Of a stretch of DNA of 64,000 nucleotides, positions 63,691 through 64,000 are shown piece after piece. This stretch comes from Candidatus Yanofskybacteria bacterium RIFCSPHIGHO2_01_FULL_41_26 (GTDB lineage: Bacteria > Patescibacteriota > Minisyncoccia > 2-02-FULL-40-12 > GWA2-44-9). Position 1 is the first letter of the stretch. Every line of letters starts with the position of its first letter. The position numbers were made by a program, and so were the translations under genes. The notes under the pieces are model-generated. The model saw nothing but the letters and a program-made list of their open reading frames with translations. It was not told the origin of the DNA and made no database searches. Location: assembly GCA_001794055.1 (NCBI GenBank), contig MGJB01000001.1:7457-71456 (forward strand). The letters are read 5' to 3'.

Positions 63691-64000
63691 TTTTATTCTC
63701 ACAATTTATCTTGGGGTTTTGGCGATAATATTTATTGCCGGGTTAGTTTTGCTGGGTTCGGCCAGAACTAAAGGTAGTCTTGCCAGGGCTTTGAACATGT
63801 CTTTATTTTTGATCTCAGTGCCTCGTGAAAGCCCTTCAGCGAGTTTCGGCCAAAATCCTCGATCCGAAAAAGAATTAATCTCGGTAATGGAACAGCTTTA
63901 TTCTTCTTTTATCAACATCCACGCTAAGGGTTGGAACAAATTTATATATGGCGAACCGTATATTTCTCTGGAAATGGGAGTGCATCACATCGGCGAGGAG
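63691..64000 (+). CDS. Possible membrane protein, 3'-truncated by window end
   Basis: Open frame to the last base. Hydrophobic N-terminus. Start codon (TTG 63691 or ATG 63796) uncertain. Confidence 0.25.

Noticed and set aside
1-64000. CRISPR array
   Set aside because: The many repeats are dispersed, 40-200 nt long, in both orientations and not arranged as regularly spaced short direct repeats with unique spacers. No cas-like ORFs were seen.
1-64000. tRNA / rRNA genes
   Set aside because: No cloverleaf-compatible segments with GTTCRANYC T-loop plus acceptor pairing were found, and no rRNA-like conserved blocks. The candidate at 42975-43010 (ggttcgacagg) lacks acceptor and anticodon stems.

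Overview
AT-rich bacterial chromosomal segment whose gene content looks like a reduced, CPR/Patescibacteria-like genome. No database search was possible. Housekeeping genes include cell-envelope and division genes (mraY 3' end, ftsW/rodA, murE, FemAB-like, murG, murB, ftsQ-like, mreBCD, pbp2, rseP), DNA repair and replication genes (uvrB, ruvA, family-4 UDG, PolX, holB-like), translation genes (rpsT, frr, proS, lysS, serS, greA) and lon. The intergenic space is unusually dense with dispersed, structured repeats. At least seven families are visible (called A to G below), plus a hairpin made of two inverted DnaA-box-like 9-mers. Several families show compensatory base changes between copies. Embedded among them are short, visibly G+C-rich cassettes. 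Each cassette has a near-consensus sigma70 promoter (TTGACA-17/18-TATAAT), an RBS, an ORF and a rho-independent terminator. An IS6-family transposase with A-run frameshifts sits inside one such island. The candidate novel loci are: (i) a ~2.9 kb gene with a C-terminal type-II PI4K-like lipid-kinase motif pair (DRxxxNLM ... IDNG), interrupted by a G9 tract and followed by a histidine-phosphatase (RHG) gene; (ii) a second G9 tract in the promoter of a 562-aa hypothetical; (iii) a promoter-to-terminator ~570-nt structured RNA candidate downstream of murB; (iv) a ~110-nt leader conserved upstream of lon and of a small acidic protein gene. No rRNA, tRNA or CRISPR array was found.
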